Shown here one piece after another: positions 33,544 to 44,200 of a stretch of DNA of 55,988 nucleotides. The notes beneath the pieces were generated by a model. The model did no database searches. It saw only the letters and a program-made list of their open reading frames with translations, and was not told where the DNA came from. The stretch is from IMG/VR virus record IMGVR_UViG_3300025141_000115, positions 1 through 55,988 of that record. The stretch is one strand, 5' to 3'. Numbering within the stretch: the first letter of the stretch is position 1; each line of letters begins with the position of its first letter. The position numbers and the translations under genes were made by a program. The DNA comes from a virus (taxonomy: Duplodnaviria > Caudoviricetes).

Positions 33544-35079
33544 ATGAGTACAGCAGAGAGATTTTCAGCCCTATTTAGAGGCTATAGTGGAGCGCACGGG
33601 CAAACTACTGTCTTGGACACTCAACGCGAAGGCAAGAAAAAAGCAAAAAGTTTCTTGGTCAGGGAACCGTTGACCCTTGATCTTGTAGAACAGCACTTGG
33701 AAGGTAAGCGCGGAGTAGGGAGCGTTCCAATAGATGAGACTAATGGATGTTACTTTGGCGCATTAGACATTGACGATTATAGTTTAGACTTGGTTGCCCT
33801 TTATAAGAAGGTTGAGCGTTTGAAGCTCCCTCTAGTAATGTGTCGATCTAAGTCGGGTGGCGCACATTTATTTCTATTCATGGAGGAGAAAACACCAGCG
33901 TCAGAGATACGCGATAAGTTATCAGAGTTTGCATCTGCCTTGGGGTGGGGAACTTGTGAGATATTTCCTAAACAAGAAGAAGTAATTGTAGAGCGAGGGG
34001 ATGTCGGTAACTTTATAAATCTTCCCTACTTTAACGCTAAGTATACAACTAGATACGCCTTAGATAAGAAAGGTGAAAGCCTTACACTCGAAGAGTTTCT
34101 AGAAAGAGCGGAATCTAGAAAAATTGACTTTAAGACTTTATCTGAATGCAAGGCTAGTGCGGACGATACGGTACTACCCTTGGGGCCTCCGTGCCTTCAG
34201 CAGATAGCTGAGTCTGGAATACCGGAAGGATGCCGTAACAATACTTTATTAAACATAGGCGTTTACTACAGAAAGGTTGATCCATCTAACTGGAAGCAGC
34301 TTCTAGAAAAGGCAAATCAGCAGTATTGCAGTCCGCCTGTTCCGGCGAGTGAGATTGTGACCATACAAAGCCAACTTGAAAAAAAAGAATATATGTACAC
34401 CTGTAAGCAAGAGCCATTGCATAGTCATTGCAACAAAGCGTTATGCAAGACTAGAAAGTATGGAATTGGCAGTGGTCAGGGAACCGCGACTATTGGTGGT
34501 TTGACCGTTGTAGAGTCAGAACCTCCCGTTTGGTTCGTAGATGTAGACGGCTCTAGGCTAGAGTTATCAACAAAGCAATTGCAATTGCAGATGGAGTTTC
34601 AACGAGCGTGTATGGAACAGATGTACAAGATGCCAGCCAAGGTTAAAGATAGCGATTGGCGTGATTTAATAGACATTCTTTTAGGTAACGCGACCCATGT
34701 ATCCGTGCCGGAAGAATTAACAAACAAGGGTCAGTTTATTGAGCTTCTTGAGATGTATTGCACATCGAGAATTAAAGCCCAAAGCCCTGAAGAGATCATG
34801 ACGGGCAAGCCATGGACAGAGGACGGTGTTACTTACTTTAAATTAACGGGTCTTCAAGAGTTTTTGAAGCGTCATAATTTTACCAGTTATACCAGAGGTC
34901 AGGTTACAGAAAGACTTAAAGAATTAAACAACGGTGATGATTCGACTAAAAATTATAGATTTAAAGACACTAATGACAATTGGAAGTCGGTAAGGGTTTG
35001 GTATATACCTGAAATGGATAAGGCTGAAGTAGAGTTACCTGACATTACCTTTGAAGAAGATCAGGATATTCCGTTTTGA
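33544..35079 (+). CDS. AEP-family primase with PriCT-like domain
   Basis: ALDID, SKSGGAHLFLF, GNFINLPY, PPCL, EGCRNNTL. Confidence 0.85.
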   Translation: MSTAERFSALFRGYSGAHGQTTVLDTQREGKKKAKSFLVREPLTLDLVEQHLEGKRGVGSVPIDETNGCYFGALDIDDYSLDLVALYKKVERLKLPLVMCRSKSGGAHLFLFMEEKTPASEIRDKLSEFASALGWGTCEIFPKQEEVIVERGDVGNFINLPYFNAKYTTRYALDKKGESLTLEEFLERAESRKIDFKTLSECKASADDTVLPLGPPCLQQIAESGIPEGCRNNTLLNIGVYYRKVDPSNWKQLLEKANQQYCSPPVPASEIVTIQSQLEKKEYMYTCKQEPLHSHCNKALCKTRKYGIGSGQGTATIGGLTVVESEPPVWFVDVDGSRLELSTKQLQLQMEFQRACMEQMYKMPAKVKDSDWRDLIDILLGNATHVSVPEELTNKGQFIELLEMYCTSRIKAQSPEEIMTGKPWTEDGVTYFKLTGLQEFLKRHNFTSYTRGQVTERLKELNNGDDSTKNYRFKDTNDNWKSVRVWYIPEMDKAEVELPDITFEEDQDIPF

Positions 35080-36605
35080 TTGAAGAGAAGACAATCCTTG
35101 GCCCACCGGGAACAGGGAAAACCCAAACCAACTCTAATCTTGTGCGCGATTGTATTAAGAATGGCATGGACCCTTTCAAGATTGCCTGTGTATCGTTTAC
35201 CAGAAAGGCAGCGCAAGAAAGCAGAGAGCGTGTATGCTTGGATTTAGGTCTCGAAGAAGACAGCCTTCCTTATTTTCAAACGCTTCACTCAATGGCTTTT
35301 AGAGCGGGGGGCTATAAGGTTGACGATGTTGTTACAGCTAAAGATTTTGCCAAGATAGGTAAGTCCGTGGGCCTGAGTTTTACGAACTCTAATAAAACAG
35401 CCAGAGAGAGTGACTTCGATATTATTGGGTATTCTCAGGGAGATGCCTACATGTCTATCTACCAGACATCCAGGAGTTTGCAAAATTCTTTGGAGGATTG
35501 TTTTAGAGAAGCAGAGAACTACGATTTACACTGGACAGAACTAACCAGACTTGTTGATGCTTACGAAAGCTACAAAAAGGCAAAGAAGAAAATAGACTTT
35601 ACGGACATGATCGAGGGCTTTGTAAAGCGTGACGATCCCCCCAATTTAGATGCTTTGTTTGTTGATGAAGCACAAGACTTGTCCACCCTACAATGGGCCA
35701 TGGTCAATGTACTGAGGGAGACGCCTAAGTTTCAGGTATTTACGGGTGATGACGATCAAGCCATAATGGGATTCCAAGGGGCTGATGTTAAGGCTTTCTT
35801 AACGGCTACAGAAAAGAAGGAAGTACTAACACAGTCTTATAGATTACCTAAACGGGTTTGGGATCAAGCCCAACGAATAGCTTTACAGATAGAAGACAGA
35901 GCACCCAAGACATGGTCACCAAAGGATGAAGAAGGTTCTGTCCATTATCACCAGAACTTTGGGGACGTCCCGTTTGAGGAGGGTGATTGGTGCGTCTTAG
36001 CCAGAACTAACCATATAGCTAATTTTTATGCCAGCCAGCTTGAAGAAGAAGGTTGGGTATATAGTCGTAATGGTAAAACAAGTATACATCCCCAGACATA
36101 TGACGCGATTATGTCTTGGGAGGATCTGGTTAAAGGCAGAAGCATAACCGTACCAGCTTTAAAAAACATGTATGGTTTTATGAAAGTGGGAACTGATTAT
36201 AAGAAAGGCTATGGTCCACGGGCTAAATGCTTTATTACTTTAGATTCAGAACAATTGATAGATATGTCTTTTGCTGAAGCAAATCTTGGCTTAAAGTGGG
36301 GTAACGATACTAGATGGCACAAAGCGTTATCTAAAATAGACTTGGATACAAAAAATTATGTACTTAATGCCTTGCGGAGAGGAGATAACGTTAAACATCC
36401 CAGAATAAAAGTAAGCACCATACACTCAATGAAGGGAGGAGAAAGTGATAACATTCTTGTTATTACCGATCTATCTTACGCCTCATGGAAACAATATCAA
36501 AAAAATCCATCAATTGAGCATCGTGTTTTTTATGTCGCTGTAACAAGAGCTAAAAAATCATTGCACATTCTAGAACCTACGACACGGAGATACTACGAGA
36601 TATGA
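35076..36605 (+). CDS. UvrD/Rep-like SF1 helicase
   Basis: GPPGTGKT, VDEAQD, GDDDQAI, TIHSMKGGE, YVAVTRAK. Confidence 0.92.
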   Translation: MIEEKTILGPPGTGKTQTNSNLVRDCIKNGMDPFKIACVSFTRKAAQESRERVCLDLGLEEDSLPYFQTLHSMAFRAGGYKVDDVVTAKDFAKIGKSVGLSFTNSNKTARESDFDIIGYSQGDAYMSIYQTSRSLQNSLEDCFREAENYDLHWTELTRLVDAYESYKKAKKKIDFTDMIEGFVKRDDPPNLDALFVDEAQDLSTLQWAMVNVLRETPKFQVFTGDDDQAIMGFQGADVKAFLTATEKKEVLTQSYRLPKRVWDQAQRIALQIEDRAPKTWSPKDEEGSVHYHQNFGDVPFEEGDWCVLARTNHIANFYASQLEEEGWVYSRNGKTSIHPQTYDAIMSWEDLVKGRSITVPALKNMYGFMKVGTDYKKGYGPRAKCFITLDSEQLIDMSFAEANLGLKWGNDTRWHKALSKIDLDTKNYVLNALRRGDNVKHPRIKVSTIHSMKGGESDNILVITDLSYASWKQYQKNPSIEHRVFYVAVTRAKKSLHILEPTTRRYYEI

Positions 36606-36823
36606 AGAAGGATAATGTAAACCACCCCCCACATTACACCAATGGAGAAATTGAGTGTCTGGATGCCGTCAAATCGGCATTAGGTAAAGAGGGTTTTAAC
36701 GCTTATTTAAAGGGGCAGATCATTAAATATTTGTGGAGAATGGACTATAAAGGAAAGCGGATGGAAGACGCTGAAAAGGCGCAGTTCTATACTAATAAAT
36801 TAGTTACAGAATTAAAAGGATAG
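36602..36823 (+). CDS. DUF3310 (T7 gp1.7-like nucleotide kinase-like) protein
   Basis: VNHPPHY..GEIECLD...IKYLWR...ED..KA. Confidence 0.85.
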   Translation: MKKDNVNHPPHYTNGEIECLDAVKSALGKEGFNAYLKGQIIKYLWRMDYKGKRMEDAEKAQFYTNKLVTELKG

Positions 36824-36827
36824 TAGT

Positions 36828-38756
36828 ATGCAAGAAGATTTGTTTGATGAGACAACTTGGACTCCGCCAGACGTACTTCCAGATTTATCCGGTGAAAAAA
36901 TAATAGCCATTGACGTTGAGACACGTGACCCAAATTTAATCAGTAAAGGGCCGGGATGGTCAAGGGACGATGGTCAGTTGATAGGGATAGCTGTAGCAGC
37001 GGAAGGATGGAATGCTTACTTGCCTATTGCCCATGAGGGCGGCGGTAACATGTCTAAGAATACGGTTTGCCGTTGGATGCAAGACCAACTTAATCACGGT
37101 ATGGATGTGGTGTTCCATAATGCTCAATACGATTTAGGATGGTTACTATCAGAAGGTATAGAGATAAAGGGCAAGGTTCTGGACACTATGATTGCCGCTC
37201 CATTGCTCGATGAAAACAGATTTAGCTACTCTCTTAATGCTTTAGGATCTACTTACCTTGGCGAAAAGAAACAAGAGTATGATCTAAAAAGGGCAGCCGA
37301 TCAGCATGGCGTTGACGCTAAGAAAGATATGTGGAAGCTTCCAGCGGCAAGAGTTGCCTCATATGCTGAGACGGACGCTAGACTTACTTTAAACTTATGG
37401 CACATTCTTATAGACAAACTTTCTCAGGAAAATTGCGATAACGTCTTGGAGATGGAGTTATCTTTACTTCCTGTGATATTTCAGATGCGCCGTAAGGGGG
37501 TTAGAGTAGATCTTGACAAAGCGGATAAAACTAAAAAGTTTTTAGAAAACAAAGAAAAGAAACTTCTTAAAAAGATACATGATGAGACTAATGTTTGGCT
37601 AGAGCCGTGGAACGCCACGTCTTTAGCAAGTGTGTTTGATTTTCTCAATCTTAAATACGAAAGAACAGCTAAAACGGAAGCCCCCAGTTTTACTAAGCAC
37701 TTTCTAAAAAACAATTCCCACCCCATTGCAAAAACAGTTTTAGAAATTCGTGAGTACAACAAGGCCAACACTACTTTTGTGGACACCGTACTTAACCATC
37801 AGTACAAGGGCCGAATCCATTGCCAGTTTAACCAGTTGAGATCTGATGATGGGGGTACGGTATCCGGTAGGTTTTCTTCGAGCCATCCTAACTTACAGCA
37901 AGTTCCAGCTAAACATCCTGAAATCAAAAAGATGATACGGGGATTATTCATACCGGAAGAAGGGTGCAAATGGGGAAGTTTTGATTACAGCGCTCAAGAA
38001 CCTAGATGGCTTATGCATTACGCTTCCAAGAACCCTAGTACGAGGGATAACGAAAAGGTTGTTGAAATAGTAAATCAGTACCAGAATACCGATTTAGATT
38101 TTCATCAGATGGTTGCTGACATTGCAGATGTGGATCGAAGTACGGCCAAGGTTATTAACTTGGGTATCATGTACGGTATGGGCATTGGTAAATTAGCTAG
38201 TATTATGGGCGATATTGAGTTTTCAGAAGCCAAGGCTATACGCAATGATTACGATGAAAAAGTTCCTTTTATTAAGGAAATGGCTTCATCTGTTATGAAG
38301 GTAGCGTCCGAAAGACAAGAGATTAAAACCTTGTTGGGCAGAAAGTGCCGATTTCCAATGCGTGAACTTAAAGGCTATAACAAGGGGTCAAGCTCTCTAA
38401 TTCATAAAGACCGCCTCGAGGAGCGGTGGGAAGATGTAATGGCTACTCCATTAGAAGAGCGTGATCAGGGGTGGAAGTCTTTAGACCCAGCGCGGTATCA
38501 AGTAGCTTTTACCTACAAGTCATTAAATAGATTGATTCAGGCGTCCTCTGCTGATCAGACCAAGATGGCAATGATGGTATGCGTTGAGAAGGGTTACTTG
38601 CCTATGCTGACGGTGCATGATGAACTTTGCTTTTCAATTGAAAACGATGAGCAAGTAGCTGAGATAAAATATCTCATGGAGAATTGCGTTCCTGATATGG
38701 CAATACCATCGGTTATCGATACGGGCATCGGCACGGATTGGGGTAATGCGAAATAA
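36828..38756 (+). CDS. polA: Family A DNA polymerase with 3'-5' exonuclease
   Basis: DVET, HNAQYD, YAETDA; motif A DYSAQEPR, B RSTAKVINLGIMYG, C TVHDEL. Confidence 0.95.
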   Translation: MQEDLFDETTWTPPDVLPDLSGEKIIAIDVETRDPNLISKGPGWSRDDGQLIGIAVAAEGWNAYLPIAHEGGGNMSKNTVCRWMQDQLNHGMDVVFHNAQYDLGWLLSEGIEIKGKVLDTMIAAPLLDENRFSYSLNALGSTYLGEKKQEYDLKRAADQHGVDAKKDMWKLPAARVASYAETDARLTLNLWHILIDKLSQENCDNVLEMELSLLPVIFQMRRKGVRVDLDKADKTKKFLENKEKKLLKKIHDETNVWLEPWNATSLASVFDFLNLKYERTAKTEAPSFTKHFLKNNSHPIAKTVLEIREYNKANTTFVDTVLNHQYKGRIHCQFNQLRSDDGGTVSGRFSSSHPNLQQVPAKHPEIKKMIRGLFIPEEGCKWGSFDYSAQEPRWLMHYASKNPSTRDNEKVVEIVNQYQNTDLDFHQMVADIADVDRSTAKVINLGIMYGMGIGKLASIMGDIEFSEAKAIRNDYDEKVPFIKEMASSVMKVASERQEIKTLLGRKCRFPMRELKGYNKGSSSLIHKDRLEERWEDVMATPLEERDQGWKSLDPARYQVAFTYKSLNRLIQASSADQTKMAMMVCVEKGYLPMLTVHDELCFSIENDEQVAEIKYLMENCVPDMAIPSVIDTGIGTDWGNAK

Positions 38757-38758
38757 TT

Positions 38759-38789
38759 AAAAAAAGGGCAGCCCCAGAAGGACTGCCCC
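38759..38789 (-). terminator. Terminator at convergent junction, related to 17415/17989 hairpins
   Basis: aaaaaaagggcagccccagaaggactgccc. Confidence 0.75.
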
Positions 38790-38809
38790 AAGTTGGTGGT
38801 GGATAAAAA

Positions 38810-39043
38810 CTATTGTTTTTCGGAATAAACTTCGCTAGTGTTATTAGCAAGTTCGTCTAACTCAAGAATAGACCAGTAATGTTGAGCACTGGGAAGTAAC
38901 CTAATAGACTTTAGACCACTACTAGGTTCTCGCGTTGCACGGTAAAGTCTAGCGGCCATGCTACGGGAGTGTTCCCCAAATAAATAACAACAAGCTTCTT
39001 TAGTCGTTAGTAAACGGGGTTTATTAGTCTTGTTTAGATCCAT
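38810..39043 (-). CDS. Excisionase/MerR-like HTH DNA-binding protein
   Basis: RLLTTKEACCYLFG...RLYR; SD gaaaggg. Confidence 0.6.
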   Translation of the reverse strand: MDLNKTNKPRLLTTKEACCYLFGEHSRSMAARLYRATREPSSGLKSIRLLPSAQHYWSILELDELANNTSEVYSEKQ

Positions 39044-39173
39044 AATATGAACCCTTTCTTGTAATTTAACGGTGCAATATGCTCCGTTTTCTGACAAGAA
39101 ATATCACATAATGTATTTTAAATTTAAAGATGCGGTTTGTGTAAAGTTGTGTACTTTTGTAGACAGATGATGT

Positions 39174-39494
39174 TTATGGTTTTGGATTTATGAGGTCCGG
39201 AACGAAAATAACTTTATTATCCTTGCCAACATAAGCTAATATAACGTTTAATTTTTTTTGAAGTTTACTACGAGTTCTGTATATACGGGCAGGTTTTTTG
39301 CGTTTAGGATTAACTCTAGACGAATCTGTTTTTGCATCTATAAGAAAAACTTTTCCTTCTTTATTAACGGCAATAATGTCTATGGGGCCTTGTTGATGAA
39401 CTACGGGGGAGAAAACGTAATAACCCATGTTTACTAGATGAGCGGCTGCTATAAGCTCTGATCTAGTACCTTTCTGATGGGTTATTTCAGGCAC
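39174..39494 (-). CDS. PD-(D/E)XK endonuclease
   Basis: KGTRSELIA, GPIDII, IDAKT. Confidence 0.75.
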   Translation of the reverse strand: MPEITHQKGTRSELIAAAHLVNMGYYVFSPVVHQQGPIDIIAVNKEGKVFLIDAKTDSSRVNPKRKKPARIYRTRSKLQKKLNVILAYVGKDNKVIFVPDLINPKP

Positions 39495-40179
39495 TTAAAC
39501 TTGCAATGCCCCCTTTAGCATAAAAATCGCCCCAATCATACGTTTCTCCAGTTGAGGTTGTTCCTGTATCTTCAGTATATCCCCAATTATCAAACGAATG
39601 CTGTGTTGGGGGGAGATTTGGATTAACCCAAGGAGCGGCTTTGGCGCCCGGTGGAGCAGCGATTGTGCCTCTTTCAACAGGTGCTATGGGTGGTGGTCCT
39701 ACAACAGGTGGTCCTTGCCAATCATCAATATCTATATCTCTACTAGCAAGGTATCTTCTGAACAATGGGTCTAAATCAGGACGGGTGGTAGGTCCGCTAA
39801 AAAGAGAAGCTATTCCGCCAACATAAGGTAATGATCTAGCAAATGTTCCTAGACCTGTAGTTCCCCTTCCATACTTAGCTAAGTCATCTATTTTTTGTTG
39901 ATCATACTCTTCGCTCATTCTAGATATATCGTAAATACCTTTTCCAGCGGCAAGAACGGGATTTAAATTAATAACATTAGCTAAATCTAATGCGGTTATT
40001 CCCTTACTAACAATATCACCAACAGTTTTAGCAGCTTCTACAGGATCTTTAGAAACATTACCTAAAGCATTTTCTCCAATAGCTTGACTAAGAGTACTTT
40101 TATTAGTTGTCGGATTCATTCTATTCTCATAGTCTCTAAGCATAGAGGCTAGGTTACTTTTATCCATTATATCAACCAT
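39487..40179 (-). CDS. Hypothetical protein ending in YAKGGIASL
   Basis: Coupled ORF at end of late operon. Confidence 0.6.
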   Translation of the reverse strand: MVDIMDKSNLASMLRDYENRMNPTTNKSTLSQAIGENALGNVSKDPVEAAKTVGDIVSKGITALDLANVINLNPVLAAGKGIYDISRMSEEYDQQKIDDLAKYGRGTTGLGTFARSLPYVGGIASLFSGPTTRPDLDPLFRRYLASRDIDIDDWQGPPVVGPPPIAPVERGTIAAPPGAKAAPWVNPNLPPTQHSFDNWGYTEDTGTTSTGETYDWGDFYAKGGIASLSA

Positions 40180-40577
40180 TAAAAAGGAATCCTTCCACGA
40201 ATCATGATCTTTCTGGGCCTATATCTATCGTAATCGAAACCAAGAGTTCGGCCTTGAGAATCTGTTAAACTTGCACCACCACCCGTAGGTTTACCACCAG
40301 AATAAATTTCTTTGTTTCCTTCTGGCGAAGTTACTTGATTTCTAAACCCGTATCCTTGGGCCATTAGACTTAAAATATAATCTCGTATAGGAATTTCAGT
40401 ACTTATTTGACCGCTTGCCCCAGCATGGCTACCCGACCAATCATTTCCATAGTTCTTCGTTCCTGAATAAGAACCCTCACCTTGAAGTCTTGTTCTTTCC
40501 GCTAAAGCTCTTAACAAAGCAACTATTCCCCCTTGCATAGGAGCTTGTCTAGGTCGCTGTTGATCTGTATCAGCCAT
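40179..40577 (-). CDS. Hypothetical beta-rich protein (start reassigned to MADTDQ)
   Basis: SD aaggag, TAATG coupling; MQGGIV motif; C-terminal Phe. Confidence 0.55.
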   Translation of the reverse strand: MADTDQQRPRQAPMQGGIVALLRALAERTRLQGEGSYSGTKNYGNDWSGSHAGASGQISTEIPIRDYILSLMAQGYGFRNQVTSPEGNKEIYSGGKPTGGGASLTDSQGRTLGFDYDRYRPRKIMIRGRIPF

Positions 40578-40708
40578 TAGATAGGTGCTCCTTGACAACA
40601 ATCACCGTCAGTTATGCACTTGCAATCAGCGCATTGGTAGTGTCCATGGACCCAGGTCTTTGGTTTATCGCACCCGCATTTAGGGCAGATTATCCCAGTT
40701 ACTACCAT
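40577..40708 (-). CDS. Cys-rich 43-aa peptide (not in ORF track)
   Basis: MVVTGIICPKCGCDKPKTWVHGHYQCADCKCITDGDCCQGAPI. Confidence 0.6.
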   Translation of the reverse strand: MVVTGIICPKCGCDKPKTWVHGHYQCADCKCITDGDCCQGAPI

Positions 40709-41126
40709 CGAATCGTAAGGATATTCCTCTGTTATCTCTTCCTGCATAACTGCAATGTACCCAACCGGAGTTAGGATCTCCTTCCTTATAAAACTCTAAA
40801 ATTAATTGATCAAATTCTACATTGTCCTTGATCCATAAAGCAACGTCCATGTTTGGGACGCCCTTAACCTCAAAATCAACAGCCTCTCCTTTTATGTGCT
40901 GTGATTTATCGGAGGATCCAATCTTTCTGTTTAGCTCCAGACACCTGAACCCGCTCGAGGGATAGATAGGAACATTGTAACGGTATCGAATAGGCTCCAA
41001 TACTAAGTCACATAACTTGGTGAGTTTAGCTATCTCCGGCGCATGGGGGGTGTTGTCGATGCCCAGCCGTGCCGCAGTATCAGACCGTGTTAACTCTTCC
41101 AAGGTAAAATGTTTTGAAAGTTGCAT
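40680..41126 (-). CDS. Endolysin, peptidase M15A
   Basis: SGFRC..LN..IG..SQH.KGEAVD...WVHCS. Confidence 0.9.
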   Translation of the reverse strand: MQLSKHFTLEELTRSDTAARLGIDNTPHAPEIAKLTKLCDLVLEPIRYRYNVPIYPSSGFRCLELNRKIGSSDKSQHIKGEAVDFEVKGVPNMDVALWIKDNVEFDQLILEFYKEGDPNSGWVHCSYAGRDNRGISLRFDGSNWDNLP

Positions 41127-41279
41127 TTAGTCCTCTTCTTTTCGTGCTCTGTACACAACCACCACGGCTTCGCATTCGGGGTTCATACAGTCAAATGTTT
41201 TTTCCAGATCAAAATCTTCATCATCAAGATCATCATCTTCTCTGTGTAAGAGTTCATTATCACAAAAATAACAGTTCAT
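41127..41279 (-). CDS. Small acidic zinc-binding protein (50 aa; not in ORF track)
   Basis: MNCYFCDNELL...DCMNPECEA. Confidence 0.55.
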   Translation of the reverse strand: MNCYFCDNELLHREDDDLDDEDFDLEKTFDCMNPECEAVVVVYRARKEED

Positions 41280-44200
41280 CATGGGCCGACTCCCAGTAGC
41301 TTATTAATCTCTGTCTGCCGCAGAGAATCAACCTCAGTTCCGCGTACGGTTGGGTTGGCTGGATTATAGATATCCAAAACTTCTTTAGGAGTTTCAGGCA
41401 AAGGTCTAAGACCTTCTTTCGGTGAAGTTGCGTAATTAATAACTTTCCCGCTAGGATCATAAGACTCTTCTGTTACTACTCGCACCTCCTCTTTCAAAGG
41501 CTCCAACACGGCTCCACTGGCGGCTGTTTGAGATACAGTTTCTTGAATAATTGGTAATAATTTATTGTTCCAATAATACATTACCTTACCACTTTCTTTT
41601 AGCTCTTTTCTAGATGGCAATTTGGCTCCAGCAGCTATCATAGCGTCATAATCGGCAGATCTAACAGAAGGGGAAGAAATCAGCTTTAAAAAAGTTTTAT
41701 TTCTAAAAAGCTTAGAAAGAACTTTAGGGACAAGAGTTAAACTTGCGTAAGTACCTATTGCAGCTAATGCAGGTCCAGCTAAGTATCCAAGAGTTAGAAT
41801 GGCAAGACCTGATGACACTGCCGCAGTACCTAACGCAGCCGATCTCGCAATTCTAGCAGTTGGACCGACTAGCGCACCTAAACCTTTAAAAGAAGCATCT
41901 GAAACTGTCACACTATCATCAGCTAATCTCATCAATCTTTTAACTTGATCTGCCCCTAAGATAGCATTCAAACCACCGCTTTTATTCATCTCAGTAATAG
42001 CTTTTGAAAATTCCCTTCCCCAAGTACCTGATTGTACTGCTGTTGCATCTAGAGTAGTCTTAGAAAGAAGCATCTGCATAGCAGTATCTCTTAGTCCTCC
42101 GGCCTTATCTATTTCAGCATCTCCTATAACTTTTCTTATTTTATTAAAGGCATTAGGACTATTTAAAATTTCTGTTATAACTGCTTGAGGATTTTCTATT
42201 GTACCTGAGTTAATTGCTTTAAAAGCTGCTAATTTTCCGCCCTCATTTGCTTCATCAACAATTGTTTTTAATCGAAGTAGGGAGTCTTTCAAAGGTGAAT
42301 CGGTAAATTTAGGAATGCTTTTAATTAACTCGTCTTGTTGTCCTGCTCCCAATAAATATGTTTTGTTTAGTGTATTTCTAAGAACAGAAGCGGCATCTTT
42401 ACCAAATAAAGTATTTTGGACATCTTCGCCTAAAGCAAAAAACTTCTGTGAGAACTGTGTTAAATCTGTTCGGCCTTGAACGTCTTTAGATTTAGATATA
42501 CTTTGTTCTATCCATGTTTTAGCCAACCCGTTTCTAGCAGCTTCTCTAACTGCCATAGGGTCACCTCCAGCCAACGCAAGTCTGCGAAGTTGCTCTAACG
42601 TTTCTCCGTATTCTTTCAGGTGTATTTGAGTAAAGATATCGTCTTTACCTAACTTATTTATAAACTCACTTACCTTTGGTACTGTTCCTTCTGGAAAAAA
42701 GTTATCAATTATTTTGTTGGCTTCTGCTAATTGCCCTTGGTTTACCAGCTTAGAGATATTTTCTATAACTCCTGACGCCCCTTTTTTGGATAATTCCCCA
42801 GCAGATTCTCCTCTTGGAGTTACTGCTTCTAAATAAGTCTTTAATTGGGGTGCGTTTCCTGCTTTTACTACAGTTTCAGCTACGTCTATGTTACTAGACC
42901 AAAACTTATCTTTAACTGTTTTTATAATAGTATTAATGGCAAGATTATTAAAGTCCTCCTGTCCTTTTGTATAATATTCAGCCGCCTTTTTCCACGCACC
43001 TAACCCTTGTCTTAAAGAATCAGAAGTCAAAGGCCCCCAACCAAGTTTAAAAACGTTTCCGTTGTCTAGTTGAACTGTTCTAGTTCCATTAGCCAAATCA
43101 TCGGACAACTGGATGAATTTGGCATCTATTGTGTCATCAACAGCTTTTATAATACGAGATATACCGGCTTGAGCAGCGGAAGCAATTAACTCAGGATCCT
43201 TATAACTTAAACTTAAAGCTTGTTTTAATTGTTGTAACTGTTGAAGACCCATTGTAGGTGTTTTTTCAATCACATCAAACAATAGACCCTTATACTGAAC
43301 AAAAGCATTACTACCCTTAAGGTCTTTTACAGCTTGTTGTATACCCGCCATTGAAAAAGTTGTTGCTTCCTCTCCTATTAAATCTTCTGCATTTTTATAC
43401 AACTTACTAGATTGAGCCTGAAACATTTTAGAAACCATAGGTAACAATTCTGCAAATTCAGATGGATACCCTTCTCTAGGATTGTATGATTTCTGGATTG
43501 TTTCTAATCTTTTTCCTATTACATCTCTTAAGATTCTTTGGCTATACGAGATAGCTTGTTCTGGATCAGACATTGTTTTATTTACAACTTGAGCTATTTC
43601 CTTACTTTGAGCTTCAAACATAGCTTCAGCTTGTTCTTTAGGTAGTTTTCCATCCCTGACATCTCTTAATATTTTTGTAATCCAAGCAGTGTTTGCCTTT
43701 CCTATTGAGGGGTCAGGAACTACTTTTTCAGCAATAGCCAAAGCTGTTTGCCCTGGTCTTTCTAGTCCAGAAACTGCGCCAATAGTTGGTTTTGCTCCTT
43801 GATTAATTAACTCTCTAGCGGCAGCTTTAGCTTCTTCTACTGCTACTTTTTCTGGGTCGAGTCTAAGGCCAATAGAAGTGGTAAGTTTTTCTAGTTTTGT
43901 CATAGCCTCTTTTGTTTTCATTTTCCCAGTAGGGTCTCGAGCTATCACAGCGTCTACAGCCTCACCACTTACTGTTGGACCAGCCCCTTTAAAGAGCTTT
44001 TGCAGACCTTTAAAAGCTAATCTGCCGCCACCCTCAAAAAGACCGTATTTAGTTCCTGTCCAAGCTACGTTTTCTGCAACTTCACCAAAGGATTCTGTGT
44101 TGTAGCCTTCTATTTGATCTATAAGTTCATCTACACCTTTTACTATTGCAACTGCTCCACCCACAATAGCCATCGCAGGAAGCATTGCTGTTGTTCCCAT

